Source: Candidatus Pelearchaeum maunauluense (GTDB lineage: Archaea > Thermoproteota > Nitrososphaeria_A > Caldarchaeales > Caldarchaeaceae). From it: DNA of 64,000 nucleotides. How positions within the stretch are numbered: position 1 is the stretch's first letter; each line of letters opens with the position of its first letter. Shown in pieces: positions 31,996-43,024 of the stretch. The stretch is taken from NCBI GenBank assembly GCA_030059675.1, contig JANVYQ010000002.1:32001-96000 (forward strand). Reading direction: 5' to 3'. Under the pieces are notes generated by a model. It saw only the letters and a program-made list of their open reading frames with translations, was not told where the DNA came from and ran no database searches. The translations under genes were made by a program, and so were the position numbers.

Positions 31996-32928
31996 CAAAT
32001 CATCTTAAGAGAATCCATAATAATTTAAGAACCCATAGAGTTACTTGAGAAGAGAAGGCAATTGCAGTTGCATCTCATTATAATAGAAGAGTTAGGCTCT
32101 TCAGGCTTAAAAGGCAGATAATCCTTTTTAACACGTAAGTCAGGCCTAAGTAATGTGTAGCTCAGGAAGACATTTTGAAAGTATAGATGATTCACGTGCT
32201 ACTACTGTCAAGCGCTTTCGGAAGGAATAGTCCTATGAGAAAGCCTAAGACAATATAATGAATCGAAAGCGTGATGATACGCCAGAGATCTCATAAGCTA
32301 AGAAATTCCTTAACTTTATAAGACTCCACATCGATACCACGTTAGGGTACGGATTGCCTAAGATTTGGCGAATATTAGGAATCGAGATGGAGGCCAAGTA
32401 TTGGGGTAATAATCTTCATCGGCCTAGGGGTAACAATCGTGTCAACCATCCTCCTTATGGTGATGCTCACACCGATGGAAATTGACCTAATCATGCTGCT
32501 ACTAGGGATTACAGGAACTTTCACATCAGCTTTAGCACTCACGATAGATGCAACGAAGGAGATTCGTCCAAGAACATGTAATAAATAACGTTCAAAACAT
32601 CAGCAGAACACTCCAGCAACAAACGAAACCCTACAAAGAATCCTTAACACGCTACAGCAGATACGCGACAAACTATAAAGACTAAAAATAATCAACTCTG
32701 CGAGTCATGCTACTAATGTTAGCAAGCGCGACGCCTTCAATATCTATAATGCATTTATAAATCGACTATGATGTTAGCCAGTTTCTCGGATAGAGTTTAT
32801 GTAAATCTTTAGGTTAGTTGGATCTACTCATTAGAGGGATAAAGAATAAATGAGGGTTTATACCTTTTTTAGTGTGGAGAGGGTTGGGTAGGCTTTTAGA
32901 GAGAAACGTTAGGATTCTTGGCTTGTCT

Positions 32929-33216
32929 ATGAAGCTGAAGCATTGGATAGCGGTGTTTACGTTCCTAATTATAGGGATCTTGGGCTTCCTAACAGCTATA
33001 CTGTTATCACCGCTCTTACTGGATTTGATAGGCGTAGCCATGGGGATAACGGGTATACTGCTCAGCTCCCTATCAGCTATATATGGGGCTACGAGCGCGC
33101 AGGTTGATACGTTTAGGCATGAATTTAGGGAGTTCAGGAGAGACGTGGTGGATGAGCTAAGAACGATTAGAATTACTCTAGACGAGGTGCTTAAAGTATT
33201 GAGAGGTGGCGGGTGA
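32929..33216 (+). CDS. Small two-TM membrane protein with a coiled-coil tail
   Basis: MKLKHWIAVFTFLIIGILG hydrophobic segments; degenerate similar copy at about 32387-32680. Confidence 0.6.
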   Translation: MKLKHWIAVFTFLIIGILGFLTAILLSPLLLDLIGVAMGITGILLSSLSAIYGATSAQVDTFRHEFREFRRDVVDELRTIRITLDEVLKVLRGGG

Positions 33217-33283
33217 ATAGTCAGGAAAGGTTAAAGCTTTAAGAATGCCTTAATAACTCTTAAGAAACTGAGTTAATGGAAGC

Positions 33284-33772
33284 ATGTCTATTGTTCTGGA
33301 ACTTCCTGATAGGCTATTGGTAAAGCTTAAGGAGTTATCGGATTCTAGGAATATTTCCTTAGAAGAGGCGATACTTGAGGCTATTTATGAATACGTTGAG
33401 GAGATGGATCCTGAGATGAGGTCGGAAATGTATCTTAAGCTATGCGAGAAATACCTTAGGGATGCTAAGGAGCTATTGTCTAAGGGAGACTATGTGCAGG
33501 CTGGTGAGAAGTTATGGGGCGCGGCCGCCCAGATAGTTAAGGCAGTAGCTGCTAGGCGGGGGATCGTGCTTGATAGCCACGCGAAGCTATGGGACTTCGT
33601 AGCCTCACTACGCGTTGAGCTGAACGACCCCGATATAGGCAGGCAATGGTCAGTAGCAAACTCGCTGCATAAGAACTTTTACGAAGCTCAGGTCAGCCCT
33701 GAGTTAGTCAAGGACTACGCGGAAGACGTTAGAAAATTCGTAGATAAGCTGAAGCTATTAATAACGAAGTGA
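33284..33772 (+). CDS. PaREP1 family protein
   Basis: GDYVQAGEKLWGAA, LHKNFYE. Confidence 0.9.
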   Translation: MSIVLELPDRLLVKLKELSDSRNISLEEAILEAIYEYVEEMDPEMRSEMYLKLCEKYLRDAKELLSKGDYVQAGEKLWGAAAQIVKAVAARRGIVLDSHAKLWDFVASLRVELNDPDIGRQWSVANSLHKNFYEAQVSPELVKDYAEDVRKFVDKLKLLITK

Positions 33773-33889
33773 CTAAGCATAAATGGAAGATAATACTACT
33801 AAATGAGACTAGATGCATATTCAAGCTAACCTGGGAGGGCAAGCAGAGAAATACATTATATAAGGGCACGGAGTTCGTTGAAGTAGGTC

Positions 33890-34398
33890 ATGCCGTCATT
33901 CTCCGTAAGTATTCCGGAGAATCTAGCTGAGGGACTTCGTAGCAGGGGCGTCGATATAGACTCATATGTAGTTGAGTTAATAATCAGGGAACTGCGATTA
34001 GATCCGCGGTCTGAGGCCGAAGCACACCTAGAACTATCTAGACGCTTCTTAAGGGAGGCTAGCGATCTTCTCAATAGAGATTCCGTCCAAGCTAGCGAGA
34101 AGCTGCATAAAGCGGCTGAAGAAGCCGTGAAGGCCCTAGCAGTAGCAATGAGCTTACAGGACTGATAAACAAGGCTAGGCAAAGGGGTAGATGGACTGTA
34201 ACGGAGCTTGAGAAGGCCGTCAGAGAGATTTCTAAGACCTTAGGTGAGGATTTTAGGAGGTGGTGGGATACAGCTTGGGCCCTCCACGTATGGGGTTTCC
34301 ACGAAGCTAAGCTAGACTTAGAAGCCGTGAACAGCAGGCTAAAGGACATAGAGAATATAGTTAAGAGCGTGGAGGATTTCATAAGTAAACAAAAGTAG
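33890..34398 (+). pseudogene. PaREP1 family protein, frameshifted near 34160
   Basis: DSVQASEKLHKAAEEAVKAL, then GRWTVTELEKAV..WALHVWGFHE in another frame. Confidence 0.8.
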
Positions 34399-34542
34399 TT
34401 TCCAAAATTCAAAGACTTGAGAAGTTCTAATTCAAATGAAGTAATAAAGATTGTTTCAAAGATTTTCTCTTAACAAAAGAAGATCATCTATTCTGGGAAA
34501 GAACAAGTATAGGTTTAAGGTTAAAAGAACACATAGACCGTA

Positions 34543-34914
34543 ATGTGCTCTCGGAGAATCGTAGTTATTGGTCTAGACTCTGTTCCCTTGTCATTGTTAT
34601 TTAATGAGCTTAGAGATGAGATGCCGACTATTAAGAGGCTGATCGAGCCCGGTCTTTACTCGGTTTTGGAGAGCTGCCATCCACCCATTACTGTCCCTGC
34701 TTGGATGGTCATGATGACTAGCAAGAATCCTGGGAGACTTGGCATATACGGGTTTAGGCATAGGAGGGGCAGCTCTTATAGTGAGATAAACATAGCTAAT
34801 TCAACATACGTTAGGAGGGAGATGACTGTATGGGATATCGTCTCGAAGCATGGGAGGAGGTATGCGCGGCGACTTCTGCATCAACGAGTGGCTTATCAGG
34901 CACGCCAGAACTAG
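34543..34914 (+). pseudogene. Truncated nucleotide pyrophosphatase/alkaline phosphatase family protein
   Basis: VIGLDS, PPITVPAWMVMMTSKNPG N-terminus only. Confidence 0.72.
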
Positions 34915-35048
34915 CAATCTGGACCTTCAAAAACTCAGGCCTAAAATACCTAGCAATAGGAAACTGCCTCCTAAAAAGGAAGTAACAGGTCAAAGCACAT
35001 TGAAAAAGCCTAAACACATCTTCGACAACGTTCAAAAAGAGCAAATAC

Positions 35049-35549
35049 ATGAGCATCACCGTTCCTAAAGTAATAGTAGAGGAGCTGCGGAGAAGGGCGA
35101 AGAGAGCAGGAGCGTCAGTCGATGAATACCTGCTAGACCTTTTAACGAGGGACTCAGACCCAGAGGAGGCTTGGAGAAAATACCTAGCAGGGGGCGGAGC
35201 AGCTCCTAGATCAGTCCGAGAAGAGCTGGGGAGGGGCGATCTCCGACAAGCGAGCGAGAAGCTATGGGGAGCGTGCGCGCTAGCGGTAAAAGCACATGCC
35301 CTAGCGAAGAAGGCAAAGAAAATAGAATCTCACGCAGAACTCTGGGAATACAAAGACCAGGTAGCCCAGGAGATAGGTGAGTGGATAAGGCCAGCGTTCA
35401 GGCAGGCAAGCCTAATGCACACAAACTTCTACGAAAACCAAGCAACGAAAAAGGACATAGAGGACGTGCTAAGAGAGGTCAAAAATCTAGTAGAGGCAAT
35501 ATCACAAAAACTGAAGCAGCGACAAACAAGCAATAACAAGCACGGCTAA
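35049..35549 (+). CDS. PaREP1 family protein
   Basis: GDLRQASEKLWGA, MHTNFYE. Confidence 0.85.
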   Translation: MSITVPKVIVEELRRRAKRAGASVDEYLLDLLTRDSDPEEAWRKYLAGGGAAPRSVREELGRGDLRQASEKLWGACALAVKAHALAKKAKKIESHAELWEYKDQVAQEIGEWIRPAFRQASLMHTNFYENQATKKDIEDVLREVKNLVEAISQKLKQRQTSNNKHG

Positions 35550-35604
35550 AAACCAGACTATTTCAGTAAAGCTATAAGCCAGGAGATAAGTGATTGCTTA
35601 AGGA

Positions 35605-36090
35605 ATGGAAACGATACAGGTCCCTAGAAACGTTAAGCAGGCCCTTAGGAGGATAGCTGAGGAGAGGGGATTAACTCTAGGGGAGGCGCTGGTCGAATTG
35701 GTAATCGACGCGTCAGACCCAGGTGAGAGGTCGAGAGCCTACATAGAGGCGGCCCATGAGCTTATAGCACAGGCAGGCAGAGAGCTGGAGGAGGGGAGCT
35801 ACAGGCAGGCATCCGAGAAGATATGGGGAGCGGCGGCCCTAGCTATAAAGGCACACGCATACAGCAGCGAGAAGAAAAGGCTAGCATCACATTCAGAGTT
35901 ATGGCAGTATAAGAGCAAGATAGCAGAAGAGCTTGGAGAATGGATACACGACGCCTGGGCACAGGCTAACGCCATGCATACAAACTTCTACGAGAGATGG
36001 GCAGACAAACAATCAATACAAAAAGCGTTAGACAGCGTAGAAAAACTAATAGAAGCAATATATCAGAAAGTAACAAACAAAAACCCTTGA
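35605..36090 (+). CDS. PaREP1 family protein
   Basis: QASEKIWGAAALAIKA, MHTNFYE. Confidence 0.9.
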   Translation: METIQVPRNVKQALRRIAEERGLTLGEALVELVIDASDPGERSRAYIEAAHELIAQAGRELEEGSYRQASEKIWGAAALAIKAHAYSSEKKRLASHSELWQYKSKIAEELGEWIHDAWAQANAMHTNFYERWADKQSIQKALDSVEKLIEAIYQKVTNKNP

Positions 36091-36513
36091 CAAACTGTAG
36101 CACATCCACTCTCTGGGTTGAATGGGATAAATTCGGAAAGGACTGGAAGACGATAGATATGAGGAATATATCCGAGGTATGGAATTATTCAACGCAACGT
36201 ATTCTTCAGAAACTCATCTAAACGCTTTCTAATAGCTTCTAGATGAAAACCCAGTTTCAGTAATGCTTATAGAAGCAGACGCAGGAATACTTGTCACAAC
36301 ACCATTACTAATAATTAGTAACCTTTTTACTTTTGGAAGTGATAGTAAGAAGAAATGGTGAGAAATAATAACTAAGAGAATCGCATAGACTAAAAGACAG
36401 CCTGAGAAGTACGCTTGGTCCGGCTGAAGTATTCATAGCCTTACGTATAGCAAATATTTTTATAGCCCTTCAAGATACCCACGGTTGCGGCGTACAACCA
36501 GAGCGCTCTCCTA

Positions 36514-37175
36514 TTGGTGGAGCGGCTTACTAAGCAAGAGGCAATACTGCCAGCTAGGCTTATTAACTCTCTAGAGCAGCTATTTCTATTCATAGAGGAG
36601 GATTTAGTCAAACCCCTCATGAATTGTAAGCCAGAAGAATTCGAAGCAAAGCTAAAAGAAGTACTAGCTATTTATGGCAACTTGAGGGGGCTATAGGCCT
36701 CATAACCTGGAGCGTATATCAAAAAGACATAGAGAGGTTGAGAGAACTTTATCTTAAGAGCTACGACACCATTCGCACGTATCTGCAGAAGGTGGGCGAT
36801 AAGATAGGCGAGGAATACTCGATAGCACTCCTAAGCACGCTCGACGCCTTCTACGAGCTAGTACTAAGCATGCTCAGCAAGGTTATACAAGGTAAGCAGG
36901 AAGAGCTGGGTAAGCTGATACAGGTTGAACCCGGTGAAGCAGCTATCGGCTTTCAGCTCAGCGAGAGCTTCATCAAGCTATCCCTCCATTCAACAATCCT
37001 AGATTTAGGTTTATGGGCTGCATATAGTATTGCTAATGCTGAGGAGTTAAACGATATAGAGATTGAGAACTGCAGGAAATTATCCAAGATAATGGAAGAG
37101 CACGCCGCCGAGCTTGAGGAGTGCTCCGACCCAGCTCTCCTCGACGAACCCGTTAACAGCTCCTGTCTCGACTAG
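36514..37175 (+). pseudogene. Disrupted helical hypothetical protein
   Basis: Two consecutive ORFs (36514-36696, 36738-37175) of similar composition split by a stop and a frameshift. Confidence 0.4.
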
Positions 37176-37441
37176 GACGTTGGGCCTGAACCTCTCGACG
37201 CTGAAGTCGCTCGCAGGCCTGAGCTTCCTCAGGGACTTTAAGCTAGAAGTCGTGAGCAGGTGAACGGCTCTCCCCTTTCACGCCCTCTTCTCCATCAACC
37301 AGCCGACCTCTGGGAGCCTGATGAGCCTTAATACTCCCACAAGGCTTTTACGGAGTGCAGTAGCTTCAATTCTTTAGGATAAAAATCGCAAATCACAAAT
37401 TTTATAAGTACATCAATCTTAAAAGTTAACGCCGAGGAGAG

Positions 37442-38189
37442 GGCAGTGTCAAGTTAAGTTTTCCCATAGGGCTGGTGTAGTTCCCAGCGTTCTATGGATT
37501 CTTATGTTGTTGTAGTAGTATGTGAAGAGCGTTGGCCAGTTTTGTACATGCGTTCTGGCTCCTTGCTTGCATCTGCATGGGAAATATTTGCTGAATCTAG
37601 TTATTCGCTGTTTTAATGTTAGAAACCAGCGTTCAATGTAGTTTCTGAATCCTCCGCTTATCACTTGGTGTTTGAGCCTTAACCACTTTAGGGCTTGATG
37701 GTACCATGGCCCCCATCCGTACATACTAGTTTAGGCCTACCATAACGCTTAATAAATTCCATCATAAAGGCGTATACGCTTAGGGTGGAGCGGCTTGGAT
37801 ATAGCCTTAAAAGCAGAATACGCCTCGATTCAGGGTTTATTGTAGCATGTAAATAGACTATTTCACCACCAATGTTTATGGATGTCTCATCTAAGACTAT
37901 TATCTTAGGTTTTTTAGCCTTATCAGCCTCAAAAAGCTTTGGAGCAAACCTTTGAATCCACTTCCATATGGCGTTATGGCTACGCTTTAAGCCTTCAACC
38001 TCTGAGGCTGAAGCCTCCCGGAGCGAAAGCCCAGCAGCATGCCTCACAAGCCACTGAACAATAGCACTAGGAGAAGTTCTCCCGACGCTGAACGGCCCCC
38101 AACCTCAGCCTCCATCTGATCCAAAGCCAAATCAAGCCAAACCATAAACTGTAATATAAATAGAATAACTCTCTTGAGTTGACACTGCC
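37442..38189 (-). mobile_element. IS6-family insertion sequence (748 bp) with frameshifted DDE transposase
   Basis: Terminal inverted repeats GGCAGTGTCAA (37442) and TTGACACTGCC (ends 38189); 8-bp target duplication GAGGAGAG at 37434-37441 and 38190-38197; motifs IWKWIQRF, LDET, TDGG, RNYIERWF. Confidence 0.92.
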
Positions 38190-38201
38190 GAGGAGAGATT
38201 C

Positions 38202-39662
38202 ATGTCTGAAAAGAACTCCTCGGAGAAAGTTAAATTAGGATTCATGGATCCCCTAAAGCTTACTGACTTTCCCCCTGTGCCTGGCATATTCGCACTGCTT
38301 GGAGCTGGTGTTATTCTGGCATCATTTAACCTTGGTAGCGGCGAATTAATTTGGTGGCCATACATGACTGCCAAGTATGGGCTTGCCTTTGTTTGGTTAA
38401 TGATACCATTCGCTCTTATGCAGTGGTGGATTAATACGGAGTTAGCCAGATATTCGCTGGTAACAGGAGAACCTACATGGGCTGCCTTTACAAGAGCAAG
38501 CAGAAAGTTTAGCATAATATATTTTGCCATGGCAGTCGTAACGTTGTTGTGGTGGGGAGGATACGCTGCAGCAGGAGGAACGGCACTTGCAGCCGTTACA
38601 AATTTCCCTCCTGGCTGGGATGCCCGTGGACAAACACTTTTCTGGTCATATGTCACAATGATTCTCTTCTTCGCTGCATTAGTCCTATCGCCAATAATCT
38701 ACAAATTCCTTGAAAGATTTCTCCTTGTCTGCATGATAATAGGGGTCGGTGGCGTCATCATAGTTGCTTTTCACCCAGCTCTATGGGGATACTGGCCAAC
38801 CTTTGCATCAGCACTGGTGACTCCTCAACCGTGGCCATCGAATTTTGATCCAAAGGATTATGATATTTTGCTAACCTCGCTTGCCTACCTGGGTCTAGGT
38901 GGCTTTTGGCAACTTACGTATCCAAATTGGGTTCGAGAAGTTGGAACTGGAATGAGTAAGTATTTGGGTAGGATAACGAGTCCAGTAACTGGTAAACCGG
39001 AACCAGTCGGAGTCGCAGGATTTGCCCCTAGATGTGATGAAGAAAACAAAAAGCGTTACTACGGTTGGCTTAAAACTGTTTACGCTAATAATACGTGGGG
39101 AGTGGGGGTAAATTTATTCACAACCATCCTGTTAGCGTTTCTAGCGTACGCCATTTTGCATCCTAAGGGAATTTGGCCTTCAGGCTATAGACTTGTCGTT
39201 GAACAAGGACGTTTTCTTGGTGAGTTGTGGCCACCCGGTTTTACCTTGTTCCTAATTGTAGCAGGTTTCCTCATCGTAGATACCTACGCGGTCATACTAG
39301 ACTTTGTACCCAGACTTTACACGGACTTTCTCCACACAACCTTTCCGCAAACAAGAAAAAGACCTTACCGATGGTGGTATTATCTATTTGTATGCATCTT
39401 CTTTGTGTGGACTGCCATAAGCATACTGCTAGCACCGCCCGGAGCATTGATAGTATGGGGTGGAGTACTTAACTTCTTGGCATGGCCTGTAATGCACTTT
39501 GCTATGCTTTATGTCAACTACTACAAACTACCAAAGTCTATATGTCCGTGGTTAAGGCCTAAGTGGCATTGGCTAGTACTGGGTTTAATAATTTCATTAA
39601 TATATACAGCTATTTCCATATGGTACTTGTCACTAGTAATACCAGCAGCACTAGGGTTTTAA
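38202..39662 (+). CDS. NRAMP-like (APC fold) membrane transporter
   Basis: LGAGVILASFNLGSGELIWWP, ELARYSLVTGE, many TM segments. Confidence 0.78.
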   Translation: MSEKNSSEKVKLGFMDPLKLTDFPPVPGIFALLGAGVILASFNLGSGELIWWPYMTAKYGLAFVWLMIPFALMQWWINTELARYSLVTGEPTWAAFTRASRKFSIIYFAMAVVTLLWWGGYAAAGGTALAAVTNFPPGWDARGQTLFWSYVTMILFFAALVLSPIIYKFLERFLLVCMIIGVGGVIIVAFHPALWGYWPTFASALVTPQPWPSNFDPKDYDILLTSLAYLGLGGFWQLTYPNWVREVGTGMSKYLGRITSPVTGKPEPVGVAGFAPRCDEENKKRYYGWLKTVYANNTWGVGVNLFTTILLAFLAYAILHPKGIWPSGYRLVVEQGRFLGELWPPGFTLFLIVAGFLIVDTYAVILDFVPRLYTDFLHTTFPQTRKRPYRWWYYLFVCIFFVWTAISILLAPPGALIVWGGVLNFLAWPVMHFAMLYVNYYKLPKSICPWLRPKWHWLVLGLIISLIYTAISIWYLSLVIPAALGF

Positions 39663-39882
39663 TTAAGGTCTTCGAATACTGGCAAAAACTATGAATATTA
39701 CGAAAGCTACTGCGAGAAAGAGATATAGCATTTCCATTCGTTTCTTTTTTCATAAACTCTTCATATTTTTTCTTGCAATACAAGCTACAGAACTGGTTTT
39801 CTGGTTTGATCGAAATTCCACAAACAGGACAGTGCCGATGCTTCGGTATACTGGTGGTCTCTTTTCTACGTTTACGGGACAT
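39610..39882 (-). CDS. DUF2116-like Zn-ribbon protein (C-terminus may be frameshifted)
   Basis: HRHCPVCGISI...FCS..C. Confidence 0.6.
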   Translation of the reverse strand: MSRKRRKETTSIPKHRHCPVCGISIKPENQFCSLYCKKKYEEFMKKETNGNAISLSRSSFRNIHSFCQYSKTLIKTLVLLVLLVTSTIWK

Positions 39883-39975
39883 TTCTCAACCTCGTGGTAA
39901 GCTCTATCTTAAATAATTGAGCTTTAAGCATAATTTTTTTATTTATTTCTTCTACTTCAACAGTTCGGGAACCGT

Positions 39976-40140
39976 ATGAAGTGGCACGCTATGGAAAGTG
40001 AAGAAGTTTTACGAGGCTTACAGCCAGGTCTTGAGGGGTTAACTACGGAGGAAGCAAGAAAGTCTAACACAGTACGGATATAATGAACGAGGGAGAAAAG
40101 GCGTCGAACCGCATTTCAAATGTTTTTGGGCCAAAATACG
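39976..40140 (+). pseudogene. N-terminal remnant of a P-type cation-transporting ATPase
   Basis: MKWHAMESEEVLRGL..EGLTTEEARK, then YGYNE in a shifted frame. Confidence 0.55.
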
Positions 40141-40452
40141 AGAGATACAAGATATGAGTGTTCTATTATCTCCCATGGAACGACCCCTGGGTTAGGGAGA
40201 ATGCCCATAAAGGAGCAGGGGGCTGCCCGTTCAATTGCTCATTCTGCGCATCCTCAAGGCTTTTCGGCGGATGCTGGAGAGCCAGAAAACGTCCTAGAAG
40301 AAATCAAAATCACCCTTAAAGTAGCAATAAATTATATCAGAGAAAATTTCTCCTTGATAACATGACGGATCCATCAGAATTCCTCCTTGTTAATATGGAA
40401 TCCATGAAACAACGGAACACACCACTATACATGATATGTGCGCGTGGTTTAC

Positions 40453-40545
40453 CTTGGCGTTTCATGGTGAGTTCGTACTTCCTACTTGGCATTCTATAGT
40501 GAGTCCGTACTTTTTCCTTGGTGGTTCATGGTGAGTTCATAGTCA
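40453..40545. repeat. Three degenerate tandem repeats with 32-bp period
   Basis: CTTGG..TGGTGAGTTCGTAC-like units start at 40453, 40485 and 40517. Confidence 0.7.
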
Positions 40546-41351
40546 TGGACCAGGCCAGGAAGATAATACTCCAGAAAGAGCTCAAGAAATAACATTAGGA
40601 AGCTTCAGAGAAACCCGTAAGCTTCAACTGGAAGGACGTAGGCTGGGCCTTGGGAAGCCTAAAAGTGAATATAGGTCTCCTGAAGGACGACGTAGAACAG
40701 AGGAACGCCATCCAAGCCTACACAACCACCAAGGACATGCTGGAAACCCTCGGGAAACTAAAGAACCTCCTATCCCTACACACAGACATCAGGGGATTCT
40801 AAGCGGAAACGTTTCCGCTAGATGGGTGGTAACAGCGGGAACGCTTAAAGTGAGGCTTGACGTAGGGATAGTTGAAGTGGTTCCGATGTCGGGGAAACGT
40901 GGGGAAAGGGTTGGGGAACGTGTTCAGCGATTTAAGGAGCTTATAAAGCAGGGCTACCGCGTAAGGGAGGCTCTGAAGGAGAGCGGGTTGAGCGGACAGC
41001 AATATAAAAAGCACGACCACGAAATATGGTCTGATCCCGAGATGGAGTCATATAAGCCCGAGCCCGTGATGCAGAGAACTGAGGAGCTGAATGACTCCGA
41101 CTCTGTAGAGAAGGAGGTGCTCTGGCCGGTTAGGATGGAGTTCTTAAGATCGAACTAGCTTGGCTCCTTCAACGTAAACCTAGATCTAGTCGAAACCAAC
41201 ATTTCGGGGCTGATGGGGTGATGAAGAGGAGAAAGTTAAAGCCGCGCGTTTTGTTTCAGACGCTGTGATTGTTAGATATGGAAAGAAGATGTTGGGTCTA
41301 GAAGGTAGGTAGGTTATCGTTATCTTTGGTTTTCTGGTCTTTAAGAAGGGA

Positions 41352-41825
41352 TTGCATTTACTCGTAGACGCCGTGAGAAAAGTACAAAACGTTGTAAACA
41401 ATGTTGTGTTACTCATCATTAGGGCTTCAAGAAAAGAAATGACCCTACATAGAAAATTTGGTATCAGTGTTGTGTTGACAGGCTATGTTCCAGAAAATGA
41501 GCAACCTCTATACTTTAGTGCTGCAGACGTCTTTGTATTTCCAAGCGACGATGATGTTGTAGGAGCGTTAGGTGCTGTAGCTAGGGTGCTATGCTATTCA
41601 AAGCCTATTATAGTAACTGATGTCCCAAGATTTTACGAGCTGAAGAGAGATGGCGTAGTAATGGTTGTGCCTAGTGGGAATGCAGAGTCACTAGCGAAAG
41701 TAGTAATGAATACACTCAACAATTTGAATGGTGTAAAAGCAGGGAAAATGCTTCAATATTGTAGGGAGAGATCTTGGAAGGTTATAGCTAGTAGGTGGCT
41801 TGAGATCATCAAGCAACTTGCTTGA
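41352..41825 (+). pseudogene. Family-4 glycosyltransferase C-terminal fragment
   Basis: ADVFVFPS, KPIIVTDV, SWKVIA; N-terminal half missing. Confidence 0.7.
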
Positions 41826-41841
41826 GGGTTGTAGGGTGGTT

Positions 41842-42353
41842 ATGGATTCTAGTGGTTTTGTTCTTAGTGTTGTTGTGCCTACGTATAATGAGAGGGAGAA
41901 TGTAGGGATCTTATAGAGAGGATTGATAGGGCTTTGAGGGTTTGTGGTGTCCCCTATGAAGTTGTTATTGTTGATGATAGCTCGCCTGATGGTACTGCTG
42001 ATTATGCTGAGGGGTTGTCTAGGATCTACCCTGTTAGGGTTGTTAGGAGGCCTGGTAAGCTGGGTCTCTCGTCAGCTGTTTTAGATGGTGTTAGGGCCTC
42101 TAGGGGTAGCGTAGTAGCTGTTATGGATGCTGACCTCCAGCACCCGCCTGAGGTTCTGCCCGCTATGCTTAAGAAGTTAATGGACTATGGATGCGATGTG
42201 GTTATAGCGTCGCACTATGTGGAGGGTGGCTCGGTGGGTAGCTGGTCCTTCCATAGGAGGTTAGTGTCTTGGGGGGCTATACTGGTGGCGAAGGTACTAC
42301 TCCCTAAGGTGAGGGGGTTAAGGACCCTATCTCAGTCCACTGCCTGGTATTGA
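41842..42353 (+). pseudogene. Polyprenol-phosphate mannosyltransferase-like GT2, frameshifted and truncated
   Basis: SVVVPTYNEREN, VDDSSPDGT, VMDADLQHPP. Confidence 0.8.
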
Positions 42354-43024
42354 CATAAATCCCTAAAGTATGCTTAACAAGCTTCGCAAAACTACTCTCC
42401 GTATATTCACCGTCTTCATCTACCCCACCAAGCACGAAGATAGAGATGTTAGACCACTTTTCCTAAGCTCTTGACAGCGTAACGTTCTCAAGGATATCAA
42501 CTTTAAGTTTCTCATGTAATTTTAACAGTAACTCAGTTGTTTTATGTAAAGGTATGATATTCTCCTTAACATAATTCTTCCATCCATCAACACTCCAATA
42601 TACAAAGTCTGATTCTTCCATCATACGACTCTTATTGAAAGCAATCATGCTAATTTATTTTAGGCTTAAAAGCGTTTTAATTAACGCTTACAAGGAATTA
42701 TTAATGTTCTACAGCCTTAAGAGACTCCCTTTCTGTCTAACCTACTGCTTAGCAGAACATCTTAAAACACCTTTTAAGGGTATCCGGAATCCTAGCTAAC
42801 ACAGGAACAAGACTCTCAGTACGCTTCCGTTTACTAGCTGACAAGCTAACGATTAATCAAGCTGGAAGAACTAAGGATTATGAAACACTAGTCAATTTAA
42901 TAAAAACTGAAAAGCATCCAGATATCTTACCATTATATACCTGCCTATTTTCATAATCCCCTTATACTAACCATTCCGAGATATTAAAGAAGATTTATAT
43001 AGACATCTTACGGATTCGGCAAAC

